A stretch of 64,000 nt of DNA from NCBI GenBank assembly GCA_000934665.2, contig KZ538216.1, forward strand, positions 1 to 64,000. Direction: 5' to 3'. Position 1 is the stretch's first letter; each line of letters opens with the position of its first letter. A program made the translations under genes and the position numbers. Positions 39,430 through 52,709 of the stretch are shown in pieces. Source of the DNA: Catajapyx aquilonaris (taxonomy: Eukaryota). Below the pieces are notes generated by a model. It worked only from the letters and a program-made list of their open reading frames with translations. It was not told the origin of the DNA and did no database searches.

Positions 39430-40060
39430 AATTTACACACTAGCGTTTTTCTTTTCATCCCCATGGATTCTCTCGGCTTTCATTAGGTTTAGCAAGCAGT
39501 GCGGTGCATAGAGTAGAAGTTGCGGCCACTTGGACAAATTGTCCCAAGAGTTACTGAGTGCCTGGTGTGTATTGGACGTGACGTGTTTATAGTAGGAAGG
39601 CAGTCGAGTCTGAAAGCGAACGTAATTAGTTGGCCATGTTAATTCGGTTCTGAAATCCCCCTTTTCCGGATTGTCCACCGAGGAACGAGAGAGGCAGGAG
39701 CTAGTAAGAACAAAAAAATATATTTCCAAGCTTTCGGCAACAATTAGGGAAGAGCAAGAAAAAGAAGATAAATAACAAACCCTCCCAGCGACGGATTATA
39801 CGATCTGGCACACGGCCCAAGGGACTTGCTCTAATGGTTGCTTTGCCTGCAGTTTTAGGGAAATTGGGTTCCAGTATCATCAGTGATACCAACCCCACAC
39901 TTTTTAGTCTCCAATTGACACTATACAGGTATAGCAATATGGAGGGTTGCCGATGGCCAAAAGCCGGTAACCTTCTGTCGAGAAGCACAAACTTGAGCAT
40001 AATTACGGAAACGGGTACTGGCGCAGACATAGTACTTTGACTACTGCGGCTCAAGGGAGA
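39430..40060 (-). mobile_element. Fossil LINE RT fragment just upstream of the first Sidestep exon found
   Basis: SRSSQSTMSA (cf. FR.GRST.SA), WRLKSVGL, QTRLPSY (cf. INDLP), ALSNSWDNLSKW...LLNLMKA (cf. LQ.DLD.L..W...LN..K). Confidence 0.4.
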
Positions 40061-41279
40061 ACTTGTGCGGAATTCATTTCTCGTCCTTCCTCAATGGGAA
40101 TAATATAATGTGTGCCTGGAAGCTTAATGAATCCCACGTCAAGGGGGAAGGGAGAGGAGCTTTTGAAACGGGGAAACTACAGCAGGACAGTTCCTGAAAT
40201 AGGGTACCCCCACATGGTTTGCGCATTAAACCTCGCTGGATGTTCCAGAACATTGGACGAAGCCGGCTCGACTCATGTTTTCGCCAAGAATGCTAACCGA
40301 GCTTGAATGCCTGCTGGTCTACAATAGCATTCTACTCTACTTTTTACAAGGCTCTAGACTAGTATGCGTATAGATGATCACCACAACGTGACAATTCCCA
40401 GAGGACTGCATTATTATACTTCACATTGTAGGGTCTTTAAAAATGTGATGGTACTGGTTATATTACTATAAGCACTACAGATGTTATGAGTATATTTTTG
40501 TAGCATAGCCTACTGCAAACGCAATGTTTATTGATTTAACATTTTGAAGAGACAAACATGCCAGTGACCAACAACCACGCATTCCTCTCTCAATAGTAAA
40601 ATTTACTCTCACACAGAGACGCACAAATATTATCTAGCGACCCCTGGCTTTGTATCCTACGCATAATCATTGGAAAAGCTCAGTTAAATATTATTTTTAA
40701 AATATGTTTTACCTAATTATATCGTGATATTACATCTCTAACCTTAAGGTGCTGCGAGAGGTTTGGTTACATCTTAAGAAAGTCATGAAAGCAACATATT
40801 TGGTAGAGGAAAGTTTGCTCTGATATATGATATCATAAAATGAGGGCCTCCTATCATAAATATGGAACTACAGGCACCTCAACATCATTCATTTTATTAC
40901 TGAACTTTTACAGAAATGGCATTGCAACTCGATAAAATGCCAACAAATCTTCTACATTAAAATCATAATAAGATGTCCGGCAAAAAAATACTGTATTCAT
41001 GTGCCATGTATAGTACGTGTTTAGCAGGCACCTAACTACACTACCTACTAAAAAGCCGTCTATTAATGGATAGGCACTACTTAAATGCTGTCACCAGTCC
41101 TGATTCCCACAACCCCCTATTTCCGCCGTCATTCACATGCAAGGAATGACAGCATTAACTCAGAGCCACAGCCTTTTGAGGACTAAAAATTAATGCTCTA
41201 AGGCTGAAAGGTAGTTTGAAGAGAAGTAGCCCAACTTTTATTTTTGATCGGCCCTTGTCTTTGGGCAGTGCATTATGGC

Positions 41280-42030
41280 AAGTAGACACCTACGAGCCTA
41301 GCCGCTAATCAAGCCTAATGCCGGTAGCCAGGAATCCTCGCACAAAGCAGACTGGCCGCCCTGTGGATAGCAATTAACGTACTCATATGGCGAGGCAAGC
41401 CTCAGAGACCGGCCACTGAACCCCCAGGGCCCATACAAAATATTCGACCAGCAGAGTCCGAGAGAGGGGCAGGGGGTAGGGGGGGAAAAATTCGCTATTT
41501 GCCCAAATGCTTTCAGCACGCAGCTTCCCGTCGCCTCAAAGGCGTATATTTGCTGCGGTGCACTCGGTGAACACTTGATAGTGCCGCGAGCCAAATGGCC
41601 AAAGAAGCAATCAGAGTCCACTCGGCTCAGATAGGAAGGATAGCCCCACTAGACCACTACCAATGCCCCCCCACACCCACTAACCCTCACCACCCGATCC
41701 TTGAAATGCTCAACCAGCTAGTCGCCATGGTGAATCAATGCATTACACAGCTTAAAAGACAAGCTCGACCTCGGAGCTTTAGAAGCGCCAGCAAAAGAAA
41801 AGGACGATGATGGTAAAAGCACCCATTTCATTTTCTACAATATAACCCATGGCACTTGGAAGTGTGACTTCATAGTGTCCTGTACCTACTGCTATCCTGG
41901 CACCCAAGCAACCGCACCCTTGCCTCACTGTAGAGTATACCATTAAGGCGCAAACAAGCCCACCCACACCCCAACCGCGGGTGGCATACCCTTCAGGATA
42001 AACCAAATTCAGGTCTGAGACCCCTTAATT
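41280..42030 (+). mobile_element. Possible fossil non-LTR ORF1 end and APE endonuclease start
   Basis: Knuckle-like CCGALGEH, amphipathic ILEMLNQLVAMVNQCITQL, then FIFYN...TQAT...AGGIPFRIN (cf. WN...QET...GGVAILI). Weak. Confidence 0.3.
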
Positions 42031-45000
42031 GTGCTGGTGACTGTACAGTCTGCAACCACCTTTGAATTACTGTACATGCACATAATTTGATGAAACTACA
42101 CTGTAAGTTAAGAACCTTCCCTCTATATCCGCAAATTCCGGGTTAACTATCCTGTTAGATGTAGACCCACAGATTCCATCGGCCCGTACACGATGGAAAC
42201 GAGGCCAAGTCCAATTGCAACAGTTAAAATATCCTCTTAATCTATTTGCTTGTTCGCTAGGAAGAAGCGCTCGAGGGAGCTTGAAGAAACAAGCGGTACG
42301 AAACTAATGAAACTCGGGGGGATTGCACGTGACGCATCTACCCGGCTCGTTTCTTTCCGAGGAACAAGGGCTCCCGGTTGGGGAACAGCAACGCCAGCAA
42401 CGCTTCCACCCACCGGACGCTTACTTCATCAGGGTTAATAAGGGCGGACGGACGTGGCCACCAAAAGCCTCCCCAAAATGGCCACGCCTGCGCCATTTGA
42501 TTCACAAACATTGTACATACTCGCACGTGCTGTAACTCCCAACCCGAGACCCTCCCGGACTGTAATGGCTCCATTATATTCCCATAATGAACACGACAGG
42601 CACACTACAGGGTTGCAGGGATGAATATGGCGCAACTGTCAAAGTCTTTTTCCATTCCTGGCCAGGCCCCTATTCCACCATTCCTCCCCACCCTGTTGCA
42701 TTTTCACTTTTGTTGGAGCCAATATTGCGAGTGGTGATCACGCTTGATTTGCTGCCTGCGGGGTACGGAATTACGTTTAATGGAGACTCCAAAGGAAATG
42801 GTGACAGGTTGGCGCCTAGCTACAAAAGAAGGTGATTTTCGTGCCCATTGTTTGCTGCTAGGGTAACACTTCAACTGCCCATCCCCCTCGCTTCCCCAAT
42901 TTTGGCAGCGATCATTGCAGTGCGTCATTTCAGCTTACTGGTCTGGCACACAAATTTTTTTTTCGGCGCATGTGGAAGTTTCCACAAACTTTTTGTGATT
43001 TGATTGATTAGGCAGGGGGCAAGAGCAGCTGTCACAATCGATCCAAACTTTTTTTTTTGCCCTCAGCTAGCATCTCTTCCCAATTATAAGTCCAGGTTCT
43101 TTCAGGACTTGGGAAACAAGGTAGTGCCAAAGGGTCAAGTCAGCGTAGTGTGCGTATCGGAGTTCAGCCGAACGGCTTTTACCCTTTCCGCCAGGCTTTG
43201 TTGAAATTGGGCAAGTGGTCCTATAGGTGCGTCTCTGCTTGTGTCAACTTCACATGGGGCCCCATCTTTGGGAAACCGGAACCGGCTTCCAATCAAGCCC
43301 TCATTCCAGCCACGAGCCCTCTCCGCAAAAAAGGTCATCCGGGGTAACTGCATTACCTAGTCTAATCAAATATTCAGGATCGAAAGGTCTCACCATAAAT
43401 GTAGGCAAGTTTGTCCCTGACAACGTCAAACATTGTATATCCAGTGAAAACTGTTTATAGCCAACCCTGGATAATAAATAGTGAAATAAAATAGTGTCAA
43501 ATAATATTATTGTTAGGTACCGGATGATGATTTGCAGTGATTTTGTCGCATGCAACAGAAACTTGTTCAGTACAAAAAACTGGTGATCTACGGACAGGTT
43601 GCACTGTATAATCTATGAAAACCCATTAACAGCTAGTAAGGCTGTAGGAGCGAGACAACTTGACTATCTTTAGTTGCCATATAAATCTCACTCGTTACAG
43701 CAAAACCGGGTCCATAATTAGCTGAAAGTTTCAGTTGCATGTACCCGTAATGCCCTCTAGCTTAACATGATCCTTCAAAGGGATTCGCTGCATCAAATCG
43801 AGTTGGGGTAGCTTTTATAAAATTTTACGTCAATTAAAGTTTGTCAACAGTGACTGGTAACCCAGGCGGCGTATAATGTGCGTCAATACTGTTGTCCCTA
43901 AAATGCTGAAAATGAGAATCGTTTATTAGTCGTTAAATGCGAGACCATTTATTGGGTCTAAGACACTGCAACTCTACTGAATTATTTGCATTTATGGCCA
44001 TCGAAAATCGATGCAAATGGCTTTATTACCATCATTATGGACATGGTCTAGAGTATCGGATTCCCCCAGCGCTAAACGGAAACGAGAGCAACATGGACAA
44101 AAGGCGTATGAATGCGAAGGTCGTCGTCGGTTGGGTGAGAAACACGGCAATCTTTGGCAATGGCCTTCGAGATGATGATAGCCTTCCGTGCAAGAGTATC
44201 CCCACCATTAAATTTTGGACGTTTTTTCCGTCCGGAGGGGTGAGCCTGAGACAGGATGTGGCCCATTTAAAGATACGGCCGACGCGACTTGGAAACGGTC
44301 AAGCGTCGGCAGTAGCAACTCCCGCTTGACTTTGTAACGTTAGACTTTGACGGGGATATAATCCGGCTCCATCGTTGCAAGCTTAAAGGCACGAGTCAAG
44401 TCGGATCGGGGCCCCCTTGCGTCGCTCCCACGGGATTAGGCGTAATCCCGGAAGATTGCGAGTGCCGCAAGGCTGATTTGGGCCAGTATGCTGGGACACC
44501 CCCTTCCTCCTCCACCACTGCCATCTCTTGCGATGCAGGCAGGTACCCTAGCCAAAAAGCCTATCCCAACCCTAGGCCGCCCCGTAGACCAAGTCAAGAT
44601 TAGCTCCGAGCCGTTGGCAGCGCGACTGATTGGCCAAGTCTTGAGGAAACTCCATCGCTAACTTTCTAATCCCTGTTTGTCAACGCCTGGGGACTGCGGT
44701 ATACGCAGTGGGATATTAGCCGGCATAGCGTCGCCGCCAACTCTTAACCCAAAGTTGGAATCTCGTACGGACATGCAATGGATTCCGAGCAGGAATCCAG
44801 AGCCCTCCAAATGACCACACCCCGATCTTCCCACCATTTTCTTCCTTCTTCCTCTCGCGCGCCAACCAAACCCCGCCTTACAACTTCCCAACTTGCCAAC
44901 TCCACGTCATTTACAGAGGGGAGAAAGAGAAACTTTTCGCTCATCTTAACATCGTCGGTGGGTGATACTGTACTGCACAAACGATTGCTCTTCTAAGGAC

Positions 45001-46172
45001 GCAGACTGACAACCATTTTCAAATCACAAAACCTTTCCGGAGCATTCAAGTGAAGCAATATCTACTTCCAGATGCAGCTTCCACAGAATATGCTGCAAGA
45101 CTTCTTCGTTCCTATACACGATAGATCTCTTATGACTTTTTCACATATACCAACAGGGCGGCATTTCCTGGCCCAAGTAGATCGTGCACTTTGTATAGCT
45201 AGATTCCGCTGGGTAGCGGCCTTCTAATTCAGACCACAGAAAACATTCCATTTGGGCTCCTGTCATTACATTATTGAGGTGCGTATCAAATATTCATGTA
45301 AAGGGAAATGTCGCCTTTGCAGAAGGTGGCGGATGCTTATGCATTAGACCTGTTTGTTCCCCAGGAGTAGAGACGGAAATATTTGAGCGGTAAGGGCCAA
45401 GGGAAATTAAAGGCTCGCACACACACACAGAGACAGGTCATAAAATAGTAATAGATTCCCTGTACAGAGTGGAACGGCAAAGAGCTTCCCTTGATTTGGT
45501 TGGCGAGTGTCTCCGGCTAGAAAGAGGCTCTATCGGACCATTCTACCGCTGCAGAAGATAGGGCCGATTGACCATCCTACGTCACCAGAAGAGTCTGTCC
45601 GACCATTGTACGTCAACAGGGAAGGAGGCAAGCACGGCCCATTGTACGTCACTGGAGTGGGAGTGAGTTGAGACTCAGCATGAGGCGGGTCGTGGGCAAT
45701 TCCCGGTGAGTTGTGCTGGAGGGCCGCCAGGAGGCCTTGGTTCATCCCTCCTGAAGCGAATGACCTTCCGAGGCTGTTGTTGGGCGCATCATTGGTCCAT
45801 CCTCCGAGACCTCATCTGTCCCACAACTGCCCTTTCCAAGATGGCTCTCCCGCCCCATCCATCCACCTTCCCCATCACGTAATCCAAGCGCAACGTGTTC
45901 CGCTTACATGTAGCGTCTAACCGGACGCCAGAGCCTTTCAGGGTGACGCTTGCCTACTCCGTGCTGTCCATACTAACGGACGCTCCTGGCCTACTTGACA
46001 CGGATATTATGCTAGTGCCTCTACCTAGAGTAGGAGGCGCTGAATTGGAGCGATCCCCCGCAGCGACATTAGCGAAATTGGAGAAATGCGGGGTCTGACC
46101 AGCGAGCATAGTGCACACCAGCTTCCGGCCTTAAACGACTCCGTTGGCAGGTCTCCATGAAGGGGGTGAGGA

Positions 46173-46182
46173 CTGGCTGGCT

Positions 46183-46213
<31 letters not shown>
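46173..46213. repeat. (CTGG)n tetranucleotide microsatellite
   Basis: ctggctggctctggctggctgg... with one interruption. Confidence 0.9.
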
Positions 46214-46509
46214 CTTCGAACCTGTATTGATCACCCCAGCCAGAATAAGGAGACGTCTTCCATCTCAGGATGTGGAAGCGAAGAGGATCAATTTTCCATT
46301 ACGCAGCAGAATTAATTTGGGCGATATTTTTCCTCTACGTGAGGAAATGTGATGATAAAAAACAATTATTTTCATATCACTGGGATTTATCCCTATTTCC
46401 TCTAGAGCCCCCCTAATCGAAAATGTAATCGTTTAGATGGATGAAATATGCATATGAAAATCTCATGCATACCATCAACTTCCAGCGCGAGTCGTGAGGA
46501 TGCTGAAAT

Positions 46510-46905
46510 ATCATCTACCACATACCCTGGCCTTATTCTGCCTAACGGGAAGAGGTGCACTAAAATGTACTATTATTAGAGTGTGTGTACTCTGGTACGA
46601 CCACTTTTTTGTATCAAATCTACTGTGTGGAACAAAACGTTGGCGTTCCCTTTGCTCATTTTGTGTGCAGAAAAGCGAGGCTATTGATGCCAGCTCGGTT
46701 GAATGCAGGCTCAGGTGGCTTCCATCAACAAAGTTGGTAGGCTTGTGAAATTTAATCTCGCGACAGTGTAGCCACACACATCCGAATTAATCTCCTGCCT
46801 GACACTAATGTCAATTTGCTCTTCAAAAATCACTAGTGGCCCTTCAACAACAACCCTGCAACCATGTAGTGAACCAAAAATCAAAGGAAGAAAATCAGCC
46901 AACAA
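46510..46905 (-). mobile_element. Fossil LINE RT fragment
   Basis: LADFLPLIF, RLNFTSLPTLLMEAT (cf. PISLTS.PCKLMEHI), ERQRFVPHSRFDT (cf. QHGF.P.RS.ET). Confidence 0.45.
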
Positions 46906-48651
46906 TGCTGACTAAAAAGCATTCCTTCTCTTACAGATTGTTCTCTAGTCCCACACCCTCCAGCTATTCCTTGCAAAAGGCTGTCAAAATGAAAACCCGC
47001 GGCGGCAAACGACGTGCAATTGGCAATTTTGGACTTGAGTGTATACCTCCCTGGATGCTCCAGGCCACATAATCTTCCATTCTGATTCGGTCTGTGTTGT
47101 CCACCAGCGAAAAACCCGTTTCAGGGAGACGACAAAAATATCCCAAGCTTTAAAGAGGTCAAAATGCAATCGATAATGAAAAGAAGAAAAAAAAAAAACA
47201 AGCTCTTTTAGACTGGCTAAATGGTGCATGAAAGAAAGAAAATTCCTTCGTGACGTGGCGATAAGCATCGCAAGTTTCCTGTAATATTCGTTGGCAGCCG
47301 TATGATCTTCCGCGTGCTCCAAAATAAATAGGGCTAGCTGCTTGGTCGGCTGATTGGTCGGCTCTTTTTTGGGAAAAACTTTTGCGACGCCAAATCACCG
47401 ATTTCCTGTCGTTGTTCCGCTTGATTTCCTTTGCTTGGAATCGGCTTGCACTCGTTTGCTCTACGAACCAGAGATGCACTATGGCCCTCCCTGATTACTA
47501 CTAACCCTTCATGCGTTCAAATAATGTATTCTTTCTTGCTTGGCACAAAACGCGATCAAATCTGCGCTGCTAGAATAACTTCAGCTGAAACTCCAGTTTT
47601 CATCCAATTTTGATCCCCTAAATTCATTTGATTTATCTCTTTAATATTGGCAGATTACGCTAACAAATTCTTTATAGAGTGTTGTGTATCTGGTTTTGTT
47701 TTAAAATTAATTCATTTAGTATGATTAAACTTGCCACAAAGTCAGCTCTACAATATTTTTCAGATAAATGCGACAAATTTCAACATTTTGGGACAAACAA
47801 ATTTGCGTGGAAATAGTAAAGTTTTGGTGAAGAACTAGTAAAAAAACATTCCAGCCCTGCAGTGTCATCATCTGAGTCGACTATAGCAATAGTTCTGGTA
47901 TTTGAGGTCGCACCGCGACTGCCGTAACAAGTCCACAGCAACTCAACCGGTTCGAAGCCCCGAGGTGGGTGGATGGGTGGGCCCTTCCACCATCCTCGCA
48001 CTTTTCCACGCTACACATTTGCAATTAAATATTCAGTGGCCTAAAAGTCACCCCTCGAATCGGACTTGGCCAGAGCAAAAAAGAGAGAGGCCTCTGTTGA
48101 GCTATGCAGTGGGCGAAAATTGAAAATGTTTCATGGCAAACTACAAAGGAAAAGCCCCCTCTCTACCTCCCCTTCCTCTTTTCCTCACCCCCCCCCTCCC
48201 AACCCACCCTCTGAAATTCGAATATTTTTTGGTGCAGAATGGAAGCTGGCGCGACAGAGCTAGATACAAAAAAAAAAAAAATGGTGAAGGCGCTTCACAT
48301 GGCAACGGATTTCCAGGCAACAATGCGGCAATTTCTGTGTTGGGAGGCTTGGAACCTGAAGAAAGCTAGGATATATATATTTGGAGGCTAGAAAGGTAGG
48401 CTTTAATGTCTTGAGTAAGGTTGAAGTCAGCGATGAGGAATTTGTGGAGACTGGTGCAATGCAGCTGAAAGCCACTAAACCTGCGCTAATCGGGAATCAA
48501 GCTCCGAGTGGTTTGTGTCGAGAATAAAACATGTGCTACGAGGGTGGGGGATAAAATTCTCCGCAAATGACAACGTGTCTCCCAGCAGAATTCGAATGAG
48601 CCGGCCAGCACACACACATACACACACACACACATTTGCTGGTAGCGTATT

Positions 48652-49768
48652 ACGCTACAAAACTTGAAAACACGCCATGGTGCACATGACTCCATTACTC
48701 ATTCATTTAAATGTCCGTTGGCGGATCCGCACATTACCCGCATGCACTATTAACCACCAATGTAAATGAGTGACGGTAAGTGCCATTTGTCGATCAGTAA
48801 ATGAGCCGCTGATTTTTATTAATACGGATTCCCAAAAGTGCGTTTCAAAATCGAAATATGTCCGGCTATTGACTGCTTTTGCAATGTGTAACTATATAGC
48901 ATTCATATAGGCAATGCTCGGAATATTTTCTATTGTGTGCCGATAATTCCCGCGATATTTGGACCCATTGCAGATTGAATTTCATAATAGCGGCGATACT
49001 ATAATACTGTAAGTGACTTATGAATGTGGAGCACACAATTATTAAAGATTATTGTGCATAGGTGGATGTCTTTTTTGAAACAAAAAAAGGCAACAGAGCT
49101 GCTCTCTAATCAAGATTGTGAGGTATGAGCTGCCTGGGTCATCTCTTCTGCTCCTGAAGACTCACTCAGGGTCGTGGTCCAATAATACACAGGTTGCCAG
49201 CAACGTATTTTATTAGACCTAGCCTCGCTCAAGGCTGTCTCACAACTGCTATTATAACTTCAAACCTCTCTTCAGGTCCGCCATACGACACCCTCTATAT
49301 CCGCGCCATCTCTTGGCAAAATTAACAACTCACACAACTAACTCCATCTACAGGATGATATAAATGTCACAAGATTCACGCTGTCATTTGTGTTATTCAC
49401 ACACTACGTGTTTTATAAATTAGTTCACATTCATTTTGGATAAGGAATTCCATTCCATCCACTCGCCAGCACAGTTCAGGTACCCAGTACAACCTTTCAC
49501 ATCAGCAATAGTTCTGTTAGTATTTCCCCTGATTCCCAACGTAATCCCAGTGAACCTGTTAATACTGTACATGAAAACTAGCTCCACAATGAAATATTCC
49601 CAGTCGGTCTGGACATAACCCTACAAAAGTTGAAAACAAACCGTTCGGTGTGCATGAGCACTTGACTTATTCATTGACACGGCGCGTTGTCGGGTCCGCA
49701 CATGAACCTTCTGCACTATTAACCACCCCCCGTAAATGAATAACAGCAAGGGCCAATCGTTGATTAGG
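48652..49768. repeat. Pair of diverged ~150-bp direct repeats about 970 bp apart
   Basis: 48652-48797 and 49618-49768 share ctacaaaa.ttgaaaaca, attcatt, tccgcacat, tgcactattaaccacc and gtaaatga. Confidence 0.8.
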
Positions 49769-52709
49769 TTGACAGAGACAACCGTGGATACAGTAGCAGT
49801 GGCAATGTATATAGTCTGTAGTCATAGTGCGCTGTGGTTAAAGCAGTTGGGGAGTGATCCTCCTGTCCTCCCCGACCTCTCTATTAAACTTAAATGGGAC
49901 TGATCTTGATTTCCGAATGGAACTCATCCAAGATTAAAGAAGGAAGCCGTGAAGAGCTGGAGGCTACGTGCGCAGCAATCCTGACAAGTGGCTGCAGTTG
50001 TCTCCGGGGCATCTGGGGCTGTACCATCAACTGGCACGTAGGTAGGGAGGAAGGATTTTTTACAATGCTCTTGGGACAGGGTGACTGAGAGGGAACAGTT
50101 ATTGGTTGTGCCGTCGCAGTCGATTCCCCTCCAACACCATCCTCTACTCACCCCCACCCCCACACTCCCTACCTCCGGACCCTTTGATAAATACGAGTCT
50201 TGCCGTGGAAAACCTGTCACAGGAAAATAGGGCACCTCTTCTTGAATAGGACGACTTTCCGGCGGAAAACAATTTCTAGGAGAAAGATGATTACCATTTG
50301 TGAATATGCTGTTATCAGGCGTCAATAAGGAGTTTCCGTTTCTAACGGAAAACAAAAGCGATAAGCGGGCTCCACCCTCCAAGTCCTTCTGCGCCTGAGT
50401 TGTAAAAATCTGGCGCAGGCGCAGGAGCTCGAAACTGGCTAATGGCGAGCAGAACTTAAATGAAAACCCTCTTTTGTTCTACTCCTGTATGAGACCAGGG
50501 CTGCACACAAATTCAATCTGCACACGAATAGAAAATGTAGACAGGTATACGAGCGCCATAGCGCCTAGTCCTGGCAACGCCCAGGATAGTGTGCTCGACA
50601 AGCAGGGGATATTAAGACAGAAATGAAACACGGTTTAATTTCTGCCGTATAATGGAAAAGCTACACTTATCGTCCTCGGAATCTTTTGGCCGAGTGAAGT
50701 GGTTTCGCGGGAGGGCCCAAATATTTAACCGTTTAATTTAAATAATCTGTGTAGCTGGCGGAGAGGCATCCCCCCAGCGATGATTGAGCGTTTCTTCGTT
50801 CCTGATGGAAAAATCCATAGGAACTCGAGTGGTCGTCTTTTGAGAGCTACTTCCGGTGCCTTCATTATCTATAAAAGTTTGCTTTAATGATAGCCGCTCA
50901 GTCAGAAGCTTTTGCTAGCACAGAAAGTTCCTAACCAAGCTAGCCCACTGAATTAGAAGTACATCTGATGCGGGTTGTTCGGGCTGGGCCCTGGTCTGGT
51001 CTACTTTTTCATCCCAAAGGCTGCTGCTTACAAGCTCTCAGGGGATAGGATGATACTGAAAATATACAGTATAAAAGTTGCACAAACCAGCCTGAAAATA
51101 TTTGCAAAAGGTTGCACTGTATACGTGCATACCCGTGATTACTCGATAGCACAGCTCAGTCTTGGCCTAACCAAGTTTCCCACCGAAACACAGGTTTTTT
51201 CAGGGCCGAAAATGGTCCACTAATGGTCTAGACCCCACAACTGCGAGCGCTCCGTGACGACTGATAATGAAGCCACATTAGCACTCAACTCGTGCAAAAT
51301 GGATGAAATAGGCCTCTTGAAACGAACAAAAGACTATCTTATCTGACAGCATTTTTTCGCTCTCTAGCGCGCATACCCACAGCCATTGAACTTTGTGATA
51401 ACAGCAGCGTCCCTCACGTTTCCTCACCAACAACAAGTCCTTTTTTTGGGCTATACCGGGGAGCAGTTACTATATAGAAATAAATTTTTCATATTTATCC
51501 CTGTCTACCTAAGGGCTTAATGACTGGAGCATACACAGTTGGAAAAACGCAAATATTGCATAGAAGCGCTGGGGGGTTTCAATGAATTAAAGATGAGCAG
51601 GGAATTTCTCTTGAGCGTATATATACAGGGTTGGATGCTGGGTTGAATTGGTTTGGATCATGCTCATCATTTCCAGGCTGTGATTTATCTCAGTTAGCGG
51701 ATCCAGGAGTAATGTGATTCGACATCTGGCCCCTCCACTTCCCTTTCAATTCGCAGAAACATGACACTAAACAGAGTGATCACGGCCTACATCCACCACT
51801 CCAATGCGGCCAAACTTTTTTTTTTCGAAAGCGAAAAAATCATTAGAGTAATTATTCCCATTTTCCTGATTCACACAGATAAATCACAATACTGTGAGCA
51901 GGAAGAAAATTTCCGGTTGCCCGTCGCTTGCACTGAACATCATCAATTACGTCTGGACGAAATGTTGGAAAAGTGTGTATCACCCGGATTCGCACAACCT
52001 ATGGATGCCAATGGGATCACTGCAAATTATGGCCTATAATAACACCGCTTTTCGATCTGCCGATTTTTTTAAACAGTTGTGGAGTAATTATGGTTTAGGC
52101 ACGAAACCAGAGGCACGGATATTTTAATACGGTATAACACAGTGTATTACATGTAAAAAATTTATGTTTCACACAATGGTATCATGGAATTGATTTACAT
52201 CCTGTTGTAATGTTCCGTGTCAAAGCATTAACATTGCAAGGTATAACAAACTCTGAAAACATTTTTCCAGTGCGGGATGCCTCATTTTAGTATTACCTTG
52301 CGTTTGTTACATTATGAAATGAACTGTTTTTATTCTCTCTGTATAGATTCCCTTATAAACTTACAGTACTCTTCAACGAAAAGGGAGATCATTACAACAA
52401 CAGAAATTATAGTTTCGCATGTAATTTTTTCAGTACTCATACTTAACTCTTAAATTATACACGCGGTGATGAGCCATTAAATTAAAGCAAGATTCTCCGG
52501 TTTCCCTATTCCAAAACAATGTAACATGATTTAAGCCTGTCAGGGTGCATGGAAGCATGATTTTGCACTCTTACAATAGAACAAGTGCCCAACTCCAGCC
52601 TGGAAAAATGGTGGAGGCATAAGAAAAAATCGCAATTTCAAAATGATTTACACCACACGTGCAGATGTAGTTTTTATATATGACCGGAAGGGCTGTGTCA
52701 TTATGACAC

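Noticed and set aside
45536..45651. CRISPR array
   Set aside because: Repeats are only 15 bp and degenerate, spacers 16-21 bp, no cas genes, eukaryotic context.
48300..48530. Protein-like stretch (LEARKVGFNVLSKVEVSDEEFVETG)
   Set aside because: Short, interrupted by a stop/frameshift, no splice signals and no family recognised.
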